Shown here in pieces: positions 48,958-60,940 of a DNA stretch of 64,000 nucleotides; the first letter of the stretch is position 1, and each line of letters begins with the position of its first letter. A model generated the notes under the pieces. That model was not told where the DNA came from. It made no database searches and worked only from the letters and a program-made list of their open reading frames with translations. This DNA comes from Cetorhinus maximus (taxonomy: Eukaryota). The stretch is from assembly GCF_964194155.1 (NCBI RefSeq), contig NW_027596540.1, forward strand, positions 62,001 through 126,000. Reading direction: 5' to 3'. The position numbers were made by a program, and so were the translations under genes.

Positions 48958-49990
48958 TGAGAGGTTCAGACACTTTATTAAATACTCACAGCAGAAGCAC
49001 ATTAATCTGATCGGAGATCACTTCCTCATGAGCAGCCAGCTGAGTGGAGCCTCCTGAGATTCTGTTCCCTTTCCAGTCAGTATTTACAGGAGCTGGGACA
49101 TGGAAAAGAGTCTCAGTAAAATCAGGGATTTATTTGTTCACTGTTTTAAAATGGGCCTGGGCTCACACTCGAAGTTTGTGCAGCCTGTGACTCCCTGGGA
49201 TTATTAACCCTCCCCTTCCAGACCCTTTGGGCTCTCTATTGTTTCTCAATATCCTCCCGGCCCTGTGACTCCCGAGGTTTATTAACCCTCCCTCTCCAGG
49301 CCCTTTGGACTGTCTAATGTTGGACTATGTATTGTTTTTCAATGTCCTCCTGGCCTTGTTGTATCTGATCCAATAAAAACCCTCTTTACATCACACAGGG
49401 AACAGCTTTAGACATGTTCTGACTTTTCACCTCAATCTTATTCTGCTGAATGATCTTACTGACCGTTCCCTTTCTCTCGATCAGTCCGTCCACCATCTCT
49501 TTTCTGGATTTCACTCCTTCTTGTTGTTCCAGGATTTCATCTCTCTGCCTTTTATTTCTTTTACTGAAGATTCCTGTCCATTGCTGCCTCACAGCCTCGT
49601 CCTGTTCCCACATATTCTCCATATCTAAGTGCTTCCCAGCGGCCGTGCCAGCCGTGGCCCCTATTCCAGCCCAGTCACTGATCCCTCTCTTCCCTCCACC
49701 CTTTTTACTGGTGTCACTATCACAGGAACGATTGCAGAGTTTTGCAAAACTGCCTTAACGCCGGGGTCTTGGCTACTGGTGGTCATAGTCCACCCATCTC
49801 TCTCCCTGCGTTCTGACTTCTGAAATCCCCGGATAATTCCCTTATCATCTGAACATCAAGGTGCTTGAAGATGGGATGATATAACCTTGGGGACGGGTGT
49901 ATTGGGGTTCAGGGCAAATATTACAGGAATTATTTTAAATCTTGTATCATTATATCGGCTTTCTGAGTATGGGTGATGATTAAACCATTT
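48958..49990 (-). mobile_element. Endogenous retrovirus remnant: env-like fragment plus 3' LTR-like end
   Basis: KKGGGKR|GISDWAGIGATAGTAAG.., heptad-like region, AVPCVM*RGFLLDQIQQG; ends aataaagtgtctgaacctctCA at 48958. Confidence 0.55.
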
Positions 49991-50009
49991 GTGGGATCAA
50001 TTTCTTATG

Positions 50010-52525
50010 GCAGGACAGATTGAGGGGTAGTCAGTGAAGCATATGGGGCCTTCGGCTTCATAAATAGAGGTACTGAGTATAAAAACAGAGGCATTATTTT
50101 GGCATTTATAAGGAAGGCAAATGGAATTTTGGCATTTTTTGCAAAAGGAAGAGTATAAAAATAGGGAAGTGTTGTTGCAACTGTACAAGGCATTGGTGAG
50201 ACCGCACCTGGAGTACTGTGCACAGTTTTGGTCCCCTTACTTGAGGAAGGATTTAGTTGCACTGGAAGCGGTTCGGAGGAGGTTCACTAGATTGATTCCA
50301 GAGATGCGGGGCTTGTCTTATGAGGAGAGATTGAGCAGTTTAGGCCTATACTCGCTAGAGTTTAGAAGGATGAGAGGAGATCTAATTGAGGTATATAAGA
50401 TGCTAAAGGGGATAGACAAAGTAGACGTGGAGCGGATGTTTCCCCTTGTGGGGCATTCTAGAAAAAGAGGCCATAGTTTGAGGCTAAGGTGTGGTAGATT
50501 TAAATCAGAGATGAGGAGGAATTACTTTTCTCAAAGGGTCGTGAATCTATGGAATTCACTATTCCAGAGTGCAGGGGATACCGGGACACTGAATAATTTT
50601 GAGGAGATAGATTTTTAATTAGTAATGGGTTGAAAGGTTATGGGGAGAAGGCGAGAAATTGGAGTTGAGGCCGAAATGAGATCAGCCGTGATCGTATTGA
50701 ATGGCTGGGCAGGCTCGAGGGGCCGAATTGCCTATTCCTGCTCCTAGTTCTTATGTTATAGAGTTTTGGTTAGGTCACAACTAGAATATTGCATCCAGTT
50801 CTGGTCCCCAGTCTTTAGGAAGAATGTGAGGGGCCTTGATAAGGTGCAGAGGAGATTTACCAGAATGGTTCGAGGGATGAGGGATTTTAGCTACAAGGTT
50901 TGGCTGGAGAAGCTGGGGTTGTTCTCTTTGGAGCTGGGGGATTGAGGGGAGATTTGATAGCGGTGTACAAGATTATGAAAGGTTTAGAATAAGATAGACA
51001 AAGGAAATCCTTTTCCATTAGCTGATGGTACAAGGATACAGGTTTTTGGCAAGAGATGCAAGAGGGGATATGAGGAAGAACGTTTTTCACAGCAAGTAGG
51101 GTCACGTGATTTGTTCAACCAATGTGTAGCTAGTGCGGGGGTATAAATTCTAGGGGAGGAGTTTCCTAGGAAGTGGTTGCAGGAGGGGCTGGCTGGATAC
51201 AAGCAGCCACACAAGCTCTTGTCTAAATAAAGCTTAATTTGTTTGACTAAAAAGCCTCTGAGAGCATGTTTCTACAATAATAACCTGGAACTCAGCCCAC
51301 GAGGGTGGTGGAAGTGGAGACGATTAATCATTTCAAAAGGAAATTGGATGTTATACTGCCAGGATTTTATGAAGGATTTGACCATGTTAAGTGCATGCTG
51401 GACCCTGAAGTTCTGGTCACTTATCATTTAACTTCTCCACCCCACTCCCACTCTGACCTCTGTGTCCTTGGCCTCCTGAACTGTTCCAATGAAGCTCAAG
51501 GGGAGTTTGAGGAACAGCAGCTCATCTTTCGATTCGTCACTTTACAACCTTCCAGACTCAGCATCGAGTTCAGTAGTTTCTGCACCAACAGAGAGTTGTC
51601 AGGATCAGGAACGCTCTACCTGAAAAGGTGCTGGAACCTGATTCTATGTTTAGTCTCCGCCCACTGGTCCTAGATTCCCCAACCAGTGAATATAGTTTCT
51701 CTCTATCAACCCGGTCAGTTCCAATTAATATCCCAAAAACTTTGATCAAATCACCTCTTCATCTTCTAAATTCCCGGGTTTCCGGGATTACAATGCTCAT
51801 AGTGAGGTGCGGTGCTGGATTTTAGCAGAAGGAATAGGGAGAGGGAAGATATAATTCATGGCTCAGTTCTAAAGAGTGTGCATGGACAGAGGGACCCGGG
51901 GTTCATGTGCTTTGATCTCTGAAGGTGACAGGATGTATTAAGAGAGAAGTTAGCAAAGCCGATTGGATCTTGAGCTACATAAATAGTGACATTGAGAACA
52001 AAAACAGGAAGCTATGCTGAATCTTTACAAAGCACTGGTTAGGCTCCAATTTGAGTATCTTCTGGTCACCAGACGTTAGCAAGGATGTGAAGGTCCTTGA
52101 GAAGGTGCAGAGGAGGTTTACCAGAATAGTTCCTGCAAAGGAGGTTGAGGTGGGATTTGATTGAGGTGCACAAGGTTCTGGCAGGTTTAGATAAGGTGGA
52201 CAAAGAAAAGCTGTTCCCATCAGCTGATTGTACAAGGACTCGGGGACACAGATTTAAGGCTTTGGGTAAAAGGTACGGGAAATGTGATGAAGAATGTTGT
52301 TACACAGTGAGTGGTAATGACCTGGAGTTTACTGCCTACGAAAGGAGGTGGAAACGGATATGATGAATGATCTCAAAAGGAAATTGGACAGACACGCGAG
52401 GGAAATAAACCTGCAAGGATATGGGGATAGAGCAGGGGCAGGGGAATGGGACGACTGGATTGCTCCAGAAAACTGGCATGGACTCAATGGGCTAAATGGC
52501 TTCCTCTGTGCCATAATGACTCTTT
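50010..52525 (+). mobile_element. Stack of CR1 3' fragments, with a Penelope fragment at 51385-51585 and a mini-LTR at 51101-51276
   Basis: ORF 50121-50618 LYKALVRPHLEYCAQFWSP...RVVNLWNSL; further RGHRFK ends. Confidence 0.85.
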
Positions 52526-52589
52526 TGTGTAATCTTCTTCTGTAATTTAACCCTTGGAGTTTGGATATCACTCAGGTAAAACTGTGCTA

Positions 52590-52830
52590 CACTCCCTCCT
52601 GGTGTTTTTCCAGTCACATTGATATCTGAAATTTTCTCCCACAAACAGAACAGACAAACCTTCCACATTCAGATGCTGCTGATATTCAGTTTCTGATGAA
52701 TCGAGTGAATCTGTCAGATCTTGTTGTGATGTTTGGTTTGAGTTTCCCGTCTATCAATCCTCCAATTCCAGTGCCCTGTAAAGTTTACAGAAACCATCAC
52801 TGTCAGTCTAGGACAGAAATTCACAATATT
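52590..52830 (-). pseudogene. Orphan ZNF exon-2 start (acceptor plus leader); finger array missing
   Basis: tttacag|ggc..gggaaactcaaaccaaacatcacaacaagatctgacagattcactcgattcatcag; acceptor 52776-52777. Confidence 0.75.
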
Positions 52831-53189
52831 CTCTCCTCTAGGGTTGCCAACTCTGATTAAATGGAGGTTCCATCACATGACTTGTCCCTATGCTCCAGCC
52901 ATGAGTCGGCCAACACATCCTTCCTTGTGACACACTGCCTTCTCAGGCCAATTGGAAAGCAAAATGTCTCGTGACGCAATTGGATGATGATTTGTCCCAC
53001 TTTCAATATTTTAATAAAGAGAAACATTCAAAGAAAATTACAAATTAAAACAATCTTTTTAATGCCCTTAAGATATTTCTCCAGTGCTGCACACAGCAAT
53101 GTCCTGGAGATTGAGCTTCAGCTCCTGGAAACTCCAGTCCAATCCTGGAAGATGGCAACCCACTCTTTGCCTGTCTCCTAATCCAGGAT

Positions 53190-53545
53190 CACAGCGCATG
53201 CGCCCTGCTGTACCGGGCCTGTGAACGGAAGGCGCCCCGCAGCTCATAGACCTTTCGGTGCTAATGCGGGACCGGTAACTTTTTACTCGGGGTTCGAAGC
53301 CTCCGCGTAGTATTTATGAAGCCCCCCCGCCCATTCTGCTGGCTCTAATCCTCCCTGCTCACCCACCGACTCCATTACTCAACTGCACTCGATTGTTTCT
53401 TCCCCGTTCCTTGCAGCGCCATTGACAGTCTGCACTGCGCATGCTCTACTCTCAGCGGGAAACTGCGCCTGCGCGAGGCACGCCGGTCGTGTGGATAGGG
53501 CACATTCTTACCCGCAGTGAATGCTGGGTCAGAGCGACGCCATTG
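53190..53545. promoter_or_regulatory. CpG promoter paralog
   Basis: GCGCATGCGC, TGCGCATGC, TGCGCCTGCGC, tgacccagcattcactgcg (ZNF143-like, minus strand), CGCCATT. Confidence 0.6.
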
Positions 53546-53669
53546 TGATCATACATTTTTTTTAGTAGAACATTGTGATTTGCGATCAGAATTCCGATTA
53601 CAATTGGAGCCATTTGTCCAAGTTACAAATTTACTAAATCAATTGATACAGCAACTAAAGAGCACGTGT

Positions 53670-53995
53670 CTTCCACCATAGTTCTGTCCTGGGTGTGATT
53701 AACAGCAGAACAAACCCCTACAGTTAGATGTGGACTCACTGGAGTCTCAGTAGGTGGGGTGAACAAGTGATTTTTTTTCCATAGACATAAGGGTTAAACT
53801 ATCCCTCCCGAATAAGAATGGACTAGTCGTAGATCAAAAGTGTTGGGTTTCTAAAGTTGGAGTGTTAACCAGGGGGCAAATTGAGTGAATGCCTTTGCAC
53901 ACACAATGAGTCTGATTCTCCTCCCTCAAATGTGAACGTGCTGTTGCGTCAGTAAGTGGGATGACTGAGTAAATCCTTTTCCACATTCAGCTTTC
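53670..53995 (-). pseudogene. Highly decayed ZNF 3' remnant
   Basis: [13 protein letters not shown].., CVCKGIHS, terminal HI* plus the 3' block. Confidence 0.65.
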
Positions 53996-54084
53996 AAATT
54001 ATCTTTGCACGGTGAGGTTTTATCTAAGAATTTCCAGCTCAGGCGGGAATCACAAATCCTTCTGGTGGTTAGTTTCACAATCTT

Positions 54085-55580
54085 TTTTAAAATTCATTCA
54101 AGGGATGTGGGCGTCGCTGGCTAGGCCAGCATTTATTGTCCATCCCTAATTGCCCTTGAGAAGGTGGTGGTAATCTAGCTTCTTGAACCACTGCAGTCCA
54201 TGTGGTGTAGGTACACCCACAGTGCTGTTATGGAGGGAGTTCCAGGATTTTGACCCAGCGACAGCAAAGGAACGGCAGTATATTTCCAAGTCAGGATGGT
54301 GAGTGGCTTGGATGGGAAGTTCCAGGTGGTGGTGTTTCCCAGGGATCTGCTGTCCTTGCCCTTTTAGATGGTAGTGGTCTTGGGTTTAGAAGGTGCTGTC
54401 TAAGGTGAGTTCTTGCAGTGCATCTTGTAGATGGTACACACTTCTGCTACTGTGCGTCAGTGGTGGAGGGAGTGAATGTTTGTGGATGGGGTGCCAGTCA
54501 AGTGGGCTGCTTTGTCCTGGATGGCGTTGAGCTTCTTGAGTGTTGTGGGAGCTGCACTAATCCAGGCAAGTGGAGAGTATTCCATCACACTCCTGACTTG
54601 TGTCTTGTAGATGATGAAGTCAGGAGGTGAGTTATTGCCACAGGATTCCTAGCCTCTGACCTGCTCTTGTAGCCACAGTATTTATATGGCTAATCTTGTT
54701 CAGTTCCTGGTCAATGGTAACCCCCAGGATGTTGATAGTGGGGGATTCAGCAATGGTAATGCCATTGAATGTAAAGGGGTGATGGTTAGATTCTCTCTTG
54801 TTGGAGATGGTAATTGCCTAGCACTTGTGTTGCAAATGTTACTTCCCACTTGTCAGTCAAGCTTGGATATTGTCCAGGTCTTTCTCCATTTGAACATTGA
54901 CTGCTTCAATATCTGAGGAGTCGCAAATGATGCTGAACACTGTGCAGTCATCAGTGAACCTCCCCATTTCTGACCTTGTGATGGAAGGAAGGTCATTGAT
55001 GTAGCAATTGAGGTAGTGTCCGAGGCCTAATCGGCAGTGATGTCCTGGAGCTAAGATGACTGACCTCCAACAACCATAACCATCTTCCTTTGTGCTAGGT
55101 ATGCCTCCAACCAGCAGAGAGGTTTCCCTGATTCCCATTGACTCCAGTTTCACCAGGGCTACCTAATACCACACTCGGTCAAATGCGGCCGTGCTGTCAA
55201 GGGCAGTCACTCTCACCTCACCTCAGGAGTTCAGCTCTTTTGGCATTGATTGAACCAGGGCTGTAATGTGGTCAGGAGCTGAGTGGCCCTGGCGGAACCC
55301 AAACTGGGCGTCAATGACCAGATTATTGGGGCCGGAGACTGATGGGGCAGTAATTGGATGGGTTCGATTTGTCCGGCATTTTGTGTACAGGAAATACCTG
55401 GGGAATTTTCCTCATTGCCAGATGGATGCCAGTGTTGTAGCTGTACTGGAACAGCTTGGCTAGGGACGTGGAACGTTCTGGAGCACAAGTCTTTAGTACT
55501 ATTGCTGGAATATTGTTTGGGCCCATAGCCTTTGCAGTATCCAGTGTCTTTAGCTCTTTCTTGATGTCACATGGAGTTCA
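54085..55580 (-). mobile_element. CR1-superfamily LINE, same family as 42165-43378
   Basis: GPNNIPAIVLKTCAPE, NPSNYCPISL, INDLPS..FTDD; same tail. Confidence 0.9.
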
Positions 55581-56619
55581 TTTCAGCATTTTCCAGTTAA
55601 AGAAAAGCAAAATACTGTGGATGCTTCAAATCTTAATTAAAAACAGAAAATTTTGGAAATACTCAGCAATTCTGGTAGCATTTGTGAAGAGAGAAACAGT
55701 TTACATTTCAGGCCCATGATCTTTCATCAGAACTGGACTGCATCTGTGCACAGATTTAAATATTAATCTTCTGTTTCCATCCACAGATCTGCTGAGTATT
55801 TCCAATGTTTTCTGTTTTTAATCTCTGGTTTAAAATGTTGCTCTGGAATTGCATATTAAATTTATTAGCGACTAAATGATATTTATTCTCATTCTGTCTG
55901 CAAGTGGAAACATCTGCCACTTGTCTACCCTGTCAAACCCTTTCATAGTCTTAAAGGATCAGGTCATCCTTCATTCTCTTTTCTAGAGAAAACATTTACA
56001 GCCTGTCCCGTCTTTCTTAATGGGTGTCACCTGCCAGTTCTGGCATCATTCTAGTATTTTTTTCTTGCATCTTCTCCAGTCCTTTTAGTTCTATCTTATA
56101 ATATGGAGACCTAAGCTAATCTGAGCAGCAAACTCACCATTGTCCCCAAAAGCGCGTATGTTTCAGTATTTTACTCATTTTCCCATGAGATGAATATAAA
56201 ATGGGATGGAATAACCAGATCTAATGAGCCAGACTGGAGTAATTACAAAGTTGTCTCTTCTCCTTACAGTGAAACGGTGGCTGTTTTACTCTTAATCTGT
56301 CAATTATGACATTAAGAATAACATGTCAGAGAAAGACAAGATTTCAGTGCTGTGACACTAGGCCAGACTAAAGTTCAGTTAATATGATTGCCGAGCAGTG
56401 ATCAGGAGCACTTGCAAATTATTCTCTGTCTTGAATATATTCCAGATGCAAATCCATGAACGTTTAGATACTGGGGAATCAATGGTTTGGAGATAGGGAG
56501 GAGAAGTGGAGTTAAGGAGGAAGAGCATTTAATGGTGTAGTGGCCATACGTTCTCCTGCTGCTCCTATTTCTGGTCTTCTTATGAACATCATTTTGTATC
56601 ATTTCCGTGTGAGCACAGC

Positions 56620-57345
56620 AGATGCTGCACCCACCCTTTCATCTCCTCCCTTCCTACATTCCCAGCTCTCAATACGCTTTCCAGGTGGCACAGTGATTTC
56701 CTTGTACTTGTTGCAATTTAGCATCGTGTTTTCATTACTCATGATGCCATCTCTCCTACACTGAGGAGATTAAATTAAATTGAGTGACTGCTTTGTGGAA
56801 CATCACCATTCAGTTTGCAAACGTGATACTGAGCTTCTGATCATTTACTATTTTAGTTCTCTGCCTCACTTCAGTTCTGACCTCTCTGTCCTCAGCCTCC
56901 TACACTGTTCCAATAAATCTCAAAGGAAACTCGAGGAACAGTGCTCATCATTGATTAGACACTTTGCAACCTTCTGGACTCAACATTAATTTCAACAATT
57001 TTGGATCATAACCACCACTCCCATTTTTTCAGACAGTAGGTGCTTGTAATTGTTCTGCTGTTATCATTCATATCTCATCTGGACCTGTCTTTTGTCTCTT
57101 CACTTGTCCCATTAGTTTATTTACTTGTCTCCTTATCACCCAGTGTTGCCTTGCATCATCCGCTTTGTCATTTAATCACTCCAGCCTTCCATCCTATCAC
57201 AAGACCGTTTGTTCTTTTCTCCTTTCCCCTTCTCATTTCCCTGACTCCGTACATGCTGGAAAACAACTAAATCTCTAAATTCTTCCAGCTTGGATAAAAA
57301 TTTAGCGACCTGAAACATTTACTCTGTTTCCCTCTCCGTAGACAC
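56620..57345 (+). mobile_element. Degenerate Penelope GIY-YIG plus tail
   Basis: LSDCFVEH.HSV..D..L...SDLSVLSLL. Confidence 0.7.
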
Positions 57346-57399
57346 TCCATCTCTAGCTCTAATTCCCGAACAGAAAATGCTGCCAAGAGTCATCAAGTC

Positions 57400-57880
57400 A
57401 GGCTTGAGTCTGTGGCCGCTCTCAGCGTTTGAAACCGTCACAATGCCCGGGTGATTAACGGCAGCTCCGGACCAATAGGAAGAGTGGGCGGGACTGGAAG
57501 ACTGAGCGGGACTATCTGGTGGTCCTCCAACCAATCGAAATGAAGGAAGGGTGCCACCTGATCATCCATCAGGCTGGCGCCCTGCGCGCAGGCGCAATGT
57601 CGTTGTGACTGAAGACTGGGGCTTGCGGGAGTTGAAGGAGGAAGGATGGGGGGACAAGGTGAGAAACAGCGTAACTGAGGAGAGGAATGGAGCCGGAGAA
57701 TGGACTGGATGCTTCATAAACGCTAGGTATCGGCCTCTAAACCCGAATGAGAAGCTGCCGGATCCGCGTTTGCACCAAATCGAGCAAAGCTGCCGACCTC
57801 CTCCGGTCACAGGCCCGAATGAACGGCCGCCATCTTTCTAGGGTCAATGTGCAGCAGTACGCATGCGCAGTAATCCCTGT
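57400..57880 (+). promoter_or_regulatory. CpG promoter/exon 1 of the 58.8-kb ZNF
   Basis: Same CCAAT/GC module; GCGCAGGCGCA; donor aag|gtgaga at 57659; YY1-type CCGCCATCTT; acceptor 58448-58449. Confidence 0.65.
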
Positions 57881-58794
57881 CCCTGACAGCAGGAGGAGAG
57901 AATGGTGTTCATTTCTATCCTAGACTGACAGGGATGGATTTTGGAAACTCCTTTTACAGGGGGTTAGAAGGGGAGGATTTACACCCAGCAAACTAAAACC
58001 AAGAGAGATGTTTGTCTCTTCTCAATTTCTATCCTGGATTGACAGTGATGAGTTTTGTAAACCAGAACAAATATTTCTGTTATGAAAGATTGAAAAGGGT
58101 GGAGCTTTCTTTTTCCTTTAGAAAATGGAAGAGTTAGCAGTGAGTTGATAGAGGTCTTCACAATGATCAATGGGTTGGACGCGGTAGATATGGAGAGAAT
58201 GTTTTCACTTGAAATTTCTTGAGAGTGATTACAATGTGAAACTCATAGGAAACCATTGAGATAATTTTGAAAGGAAACTAGATGAGTACGTGAGGGAAAT
58301 GGGAATAGAAAGATAAGCTGAAAGGATGAGATGAGGTGCATGGAATGGGAGGAGAAGCATGTGGTGTATAAAAACCAGCGTAGTCGTTGGACAGAATGGC
58401 CTTTGCTTTTTGAATATTCTGAGTATTTTAATGTAAACTCCTTTTACAGGGCATTCAGAGGGTTGGATTTGCAGATGGGAAATTCAAACCAAACATCATG
58501 TCAAGATCTGATAGAGTCACTCGATTCATCAGAACCTGAATATCATCGGCCTTTGAATTTGGAAGAAGAAATGTCTGTCTGTAAGGAAAGATTTTAAACA
58601 ACGTTGTGACTGGAATAGCACTGAGACATACACACATGAGTGAGAGTGTTCCAGTGCAATGATTGGAAAGAGTTTTAACCAGCCCGAAAAAAAAGTGCAC
58701 CATTCACAGCAGGGAGAGACTGTACACGTGTTCTGTGTGTGGATGAGGCTTCAACTGATTGTCAAACCTGGAGAGAAACAAGGACACCCACACC

Positions 58795-59943
58795 ATGGAG
58801 AAACCATGGAAATGTGGGGACTGTGGGAAGGGATTCAATTACTCATCTGAGTTGGAAACTCATCGACGTATTCACACTGGGGAGAGGCCGTTCACCTGCT
58901 CTGTGTGTGGAAAAGGATTCACTCAGTCATCCAGCCTCCACACACACCAGCATGTTCATACTGGTGGCAGGCCATTCACCTGCCTTGAATGCGGGAAGGG
59001 ATTTAATGCATTATCAACCCTCCGGACTCACCAGCAGGTTCACTCTGATCAAAGACCATTTAAATGTTCTGACTGTGAGAAGAGCTTTAAAAGCAGAAAG
59101 GATCTACTGATATACCAACGCTCTCACACTGGGGAGAGGCCATTCACCTGTGCAGTGTGTGGGAAGAGATTCACTCAGTCATCCCACCTCCTGACACACC
59201 AACTTGTTCACACTGATAAGAGACCTTTTAAATGTTCTGACTGTGAGAAGAGCTTTAAAAGTAAAAAGGATTTACTGAACCACCAACGCACTCTGACTGG
59301 GGAGAGACCATTCACCTGCTCCGTGTGTGGGAAGGGATTCACTTGTTCATCCCACCTTCTGACACACCAATTTGTTCACACTGATCAGAGACCGTTCCAT
59401 TGTTCTGACTGTGAGAAAAAATTTAAAAGCAAAAAGGATCTTCTGAAACATCAACACATTCACACTGGGGAGAGGCCATTCACCTGCTCTATCTGTGGGA
59501 AGGGATTCACTCGGTTAGCCCACCTGGTGAGACACCATCGAGTTCACACTGGGGAGAGGCCGTTCACCTGCTCTGAGTATGGGCAGGAATTCATTGATTC
59601 ATCCAACCTTCTGAAGCATCAGCGATTTCATTCTGGGGAGAGACCATACACTTGCCCCTTGTGCAGGAACAGATTCACTCAGTCATCCCATCTCACTACA
59701 CACCAGCTTGTTCACACTGATCAGAGACCTTTTAAATGTTCTGACTGTGAAAAGAGATTTATAAGTAAACAGAATCTGCTGACACACCAGCGTGTTCACA
59801 CAGGGGAGAGGCCGTTCACCTGCTCCGTGTGTGGGAAGGGATTCGCTCAGTCAAACAACCTGCTGAGATGCCAGCAAGTTCACATGCGACAGTGGGGGTT
59901 GGATTCTGCTGTTATTGCTGCTGTTAATCACATCCAGTGCTGA
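58795..59943 (+). CDS. C2H2 zinc-finger protein, 13 fingers (4 with a lost ligand), with a C-terminal tail from stop loss
   Basis: cACCATGG start; ends VHMRQWGLDSAVIAAVNHIQC*. Confidence 0.85.
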   Translation: MEKPWKCGDCGKGFNYSSELETHRRIHTGERPFTCSVCGKGFTQSSSLHTHQHVHTGGRPFTCLECGKGFNALSTLRTHQQVHSDQRPFKCSDCEKSFKSRKDLLIYQRSHTGERPFTCAVCGKRFTQSSHLLTHQLVHTDKRPFKCSDCEKSFKSKKDLLNHQRTLTGERPFTCSVCGKGFTCSSHLLTHQFVHTDQRPFHCSDCEKKFKSKKDLLKHQHIHTGERPFTCSICGKGFTRLAHLVRHHRVHTGERPFTCSEYGQEFIDSSNLLKHQRFHSGERPYTCPLCRNRFTQSSHLTTHQLVHTDQRPFKCSDCEKRFISKQNLLTHQRVHTGERPFTCSVCGKGFAQSNNLLRCQQVHMRQWGLDSAVIAAVNHIQC

Positions 59944-59994
59944 ATCATGTCTGGATGCCTGTTTCCAGTGGGGCTCCACAGTTTTGTGGTTTAT

Positions 59995-60940
59995 AGCAAT
60001 CATTTAGACTTAAATGTGGGGATCATGAGTAAGAAGTTTGCAGGTGATCCTGAAGTTGTTTATGTGTTTAACAATGAGGAAGAAAGCCATAGACTGCAGG
60101 AAGATATCAATGGACTGGTCAGATGGACAGGAAAATGGCAAATGAAATTCAATCTGGAGCAGTGTGAGATAATGAATTTGGGAGGGCAAACAAGACAAGG
60201 GAATGAACAATTAATGGGTTAATGCTGAGAAGTGTAGAGGAACAGAGGGACTTTGGAGTGCATATCCACAGATCCCTGAAGGTGGTTGGACAGGTAGATC
60301 AGGTGGTCAAGAAGGCATTTGGGACATTTTCCTTTCTTGGCTGAAGTCTAGAATATACAAGCAGGGAGATTATGCTGGAATCGTGCAAAACACTAGTTAG
60401 AGCACAGCTAGAGTACTGAGTACAGCTCTGACACTGCATTACAGGAAGGATATTCTCACACCAGAGAGGGTACAGAGGAGATTTATGATTTACAGGATTG
60501 AAGAAATTCAACTATGAGGAAAGATTGGATAAGCTGGGGTTATTTTCTGTGGCTGAGGGGAGATTTAATTGATGTGTATGAAATTATGAGGGGCCCAGAA
60601 TGAGTGGACAGGAAGGACCTTTTTCTCTTAGCAGAGAGATCAATAACCAGAGGGAGGGTATAGTTTAGAATTAAAATAATTGGCAGAAGGAATGAGAGGG
60701 GGAGGGAGAAATCATTTCAGCCAATGGGTGGTGCAAGTCTGGAACTCACTATCTGATTGGGTCGTACAGGCAGAAACCCTCATTGCATTTAACAGAAAGA
60801 CTTGGATATGCAGTTGAATTACTGGAACATACAGGGTGACAAACTAAGATCTGCAAAGTGGGATTGGCTGAATAGCTTTATTTCAGCCAGTTCAGACACG
60901 ATGGGCCAAATGGCCTTTTTCTGTACCAGAACTTTCTGAT
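59995..60940 (+). mobile_element. CR1 inserted in ZNF 3' UTR
   Basis: RLQEDINGLVRW..KWQMKFN; 3' block resumes at about 60945, with AATAAA near 61028. Confidence 0.85.
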
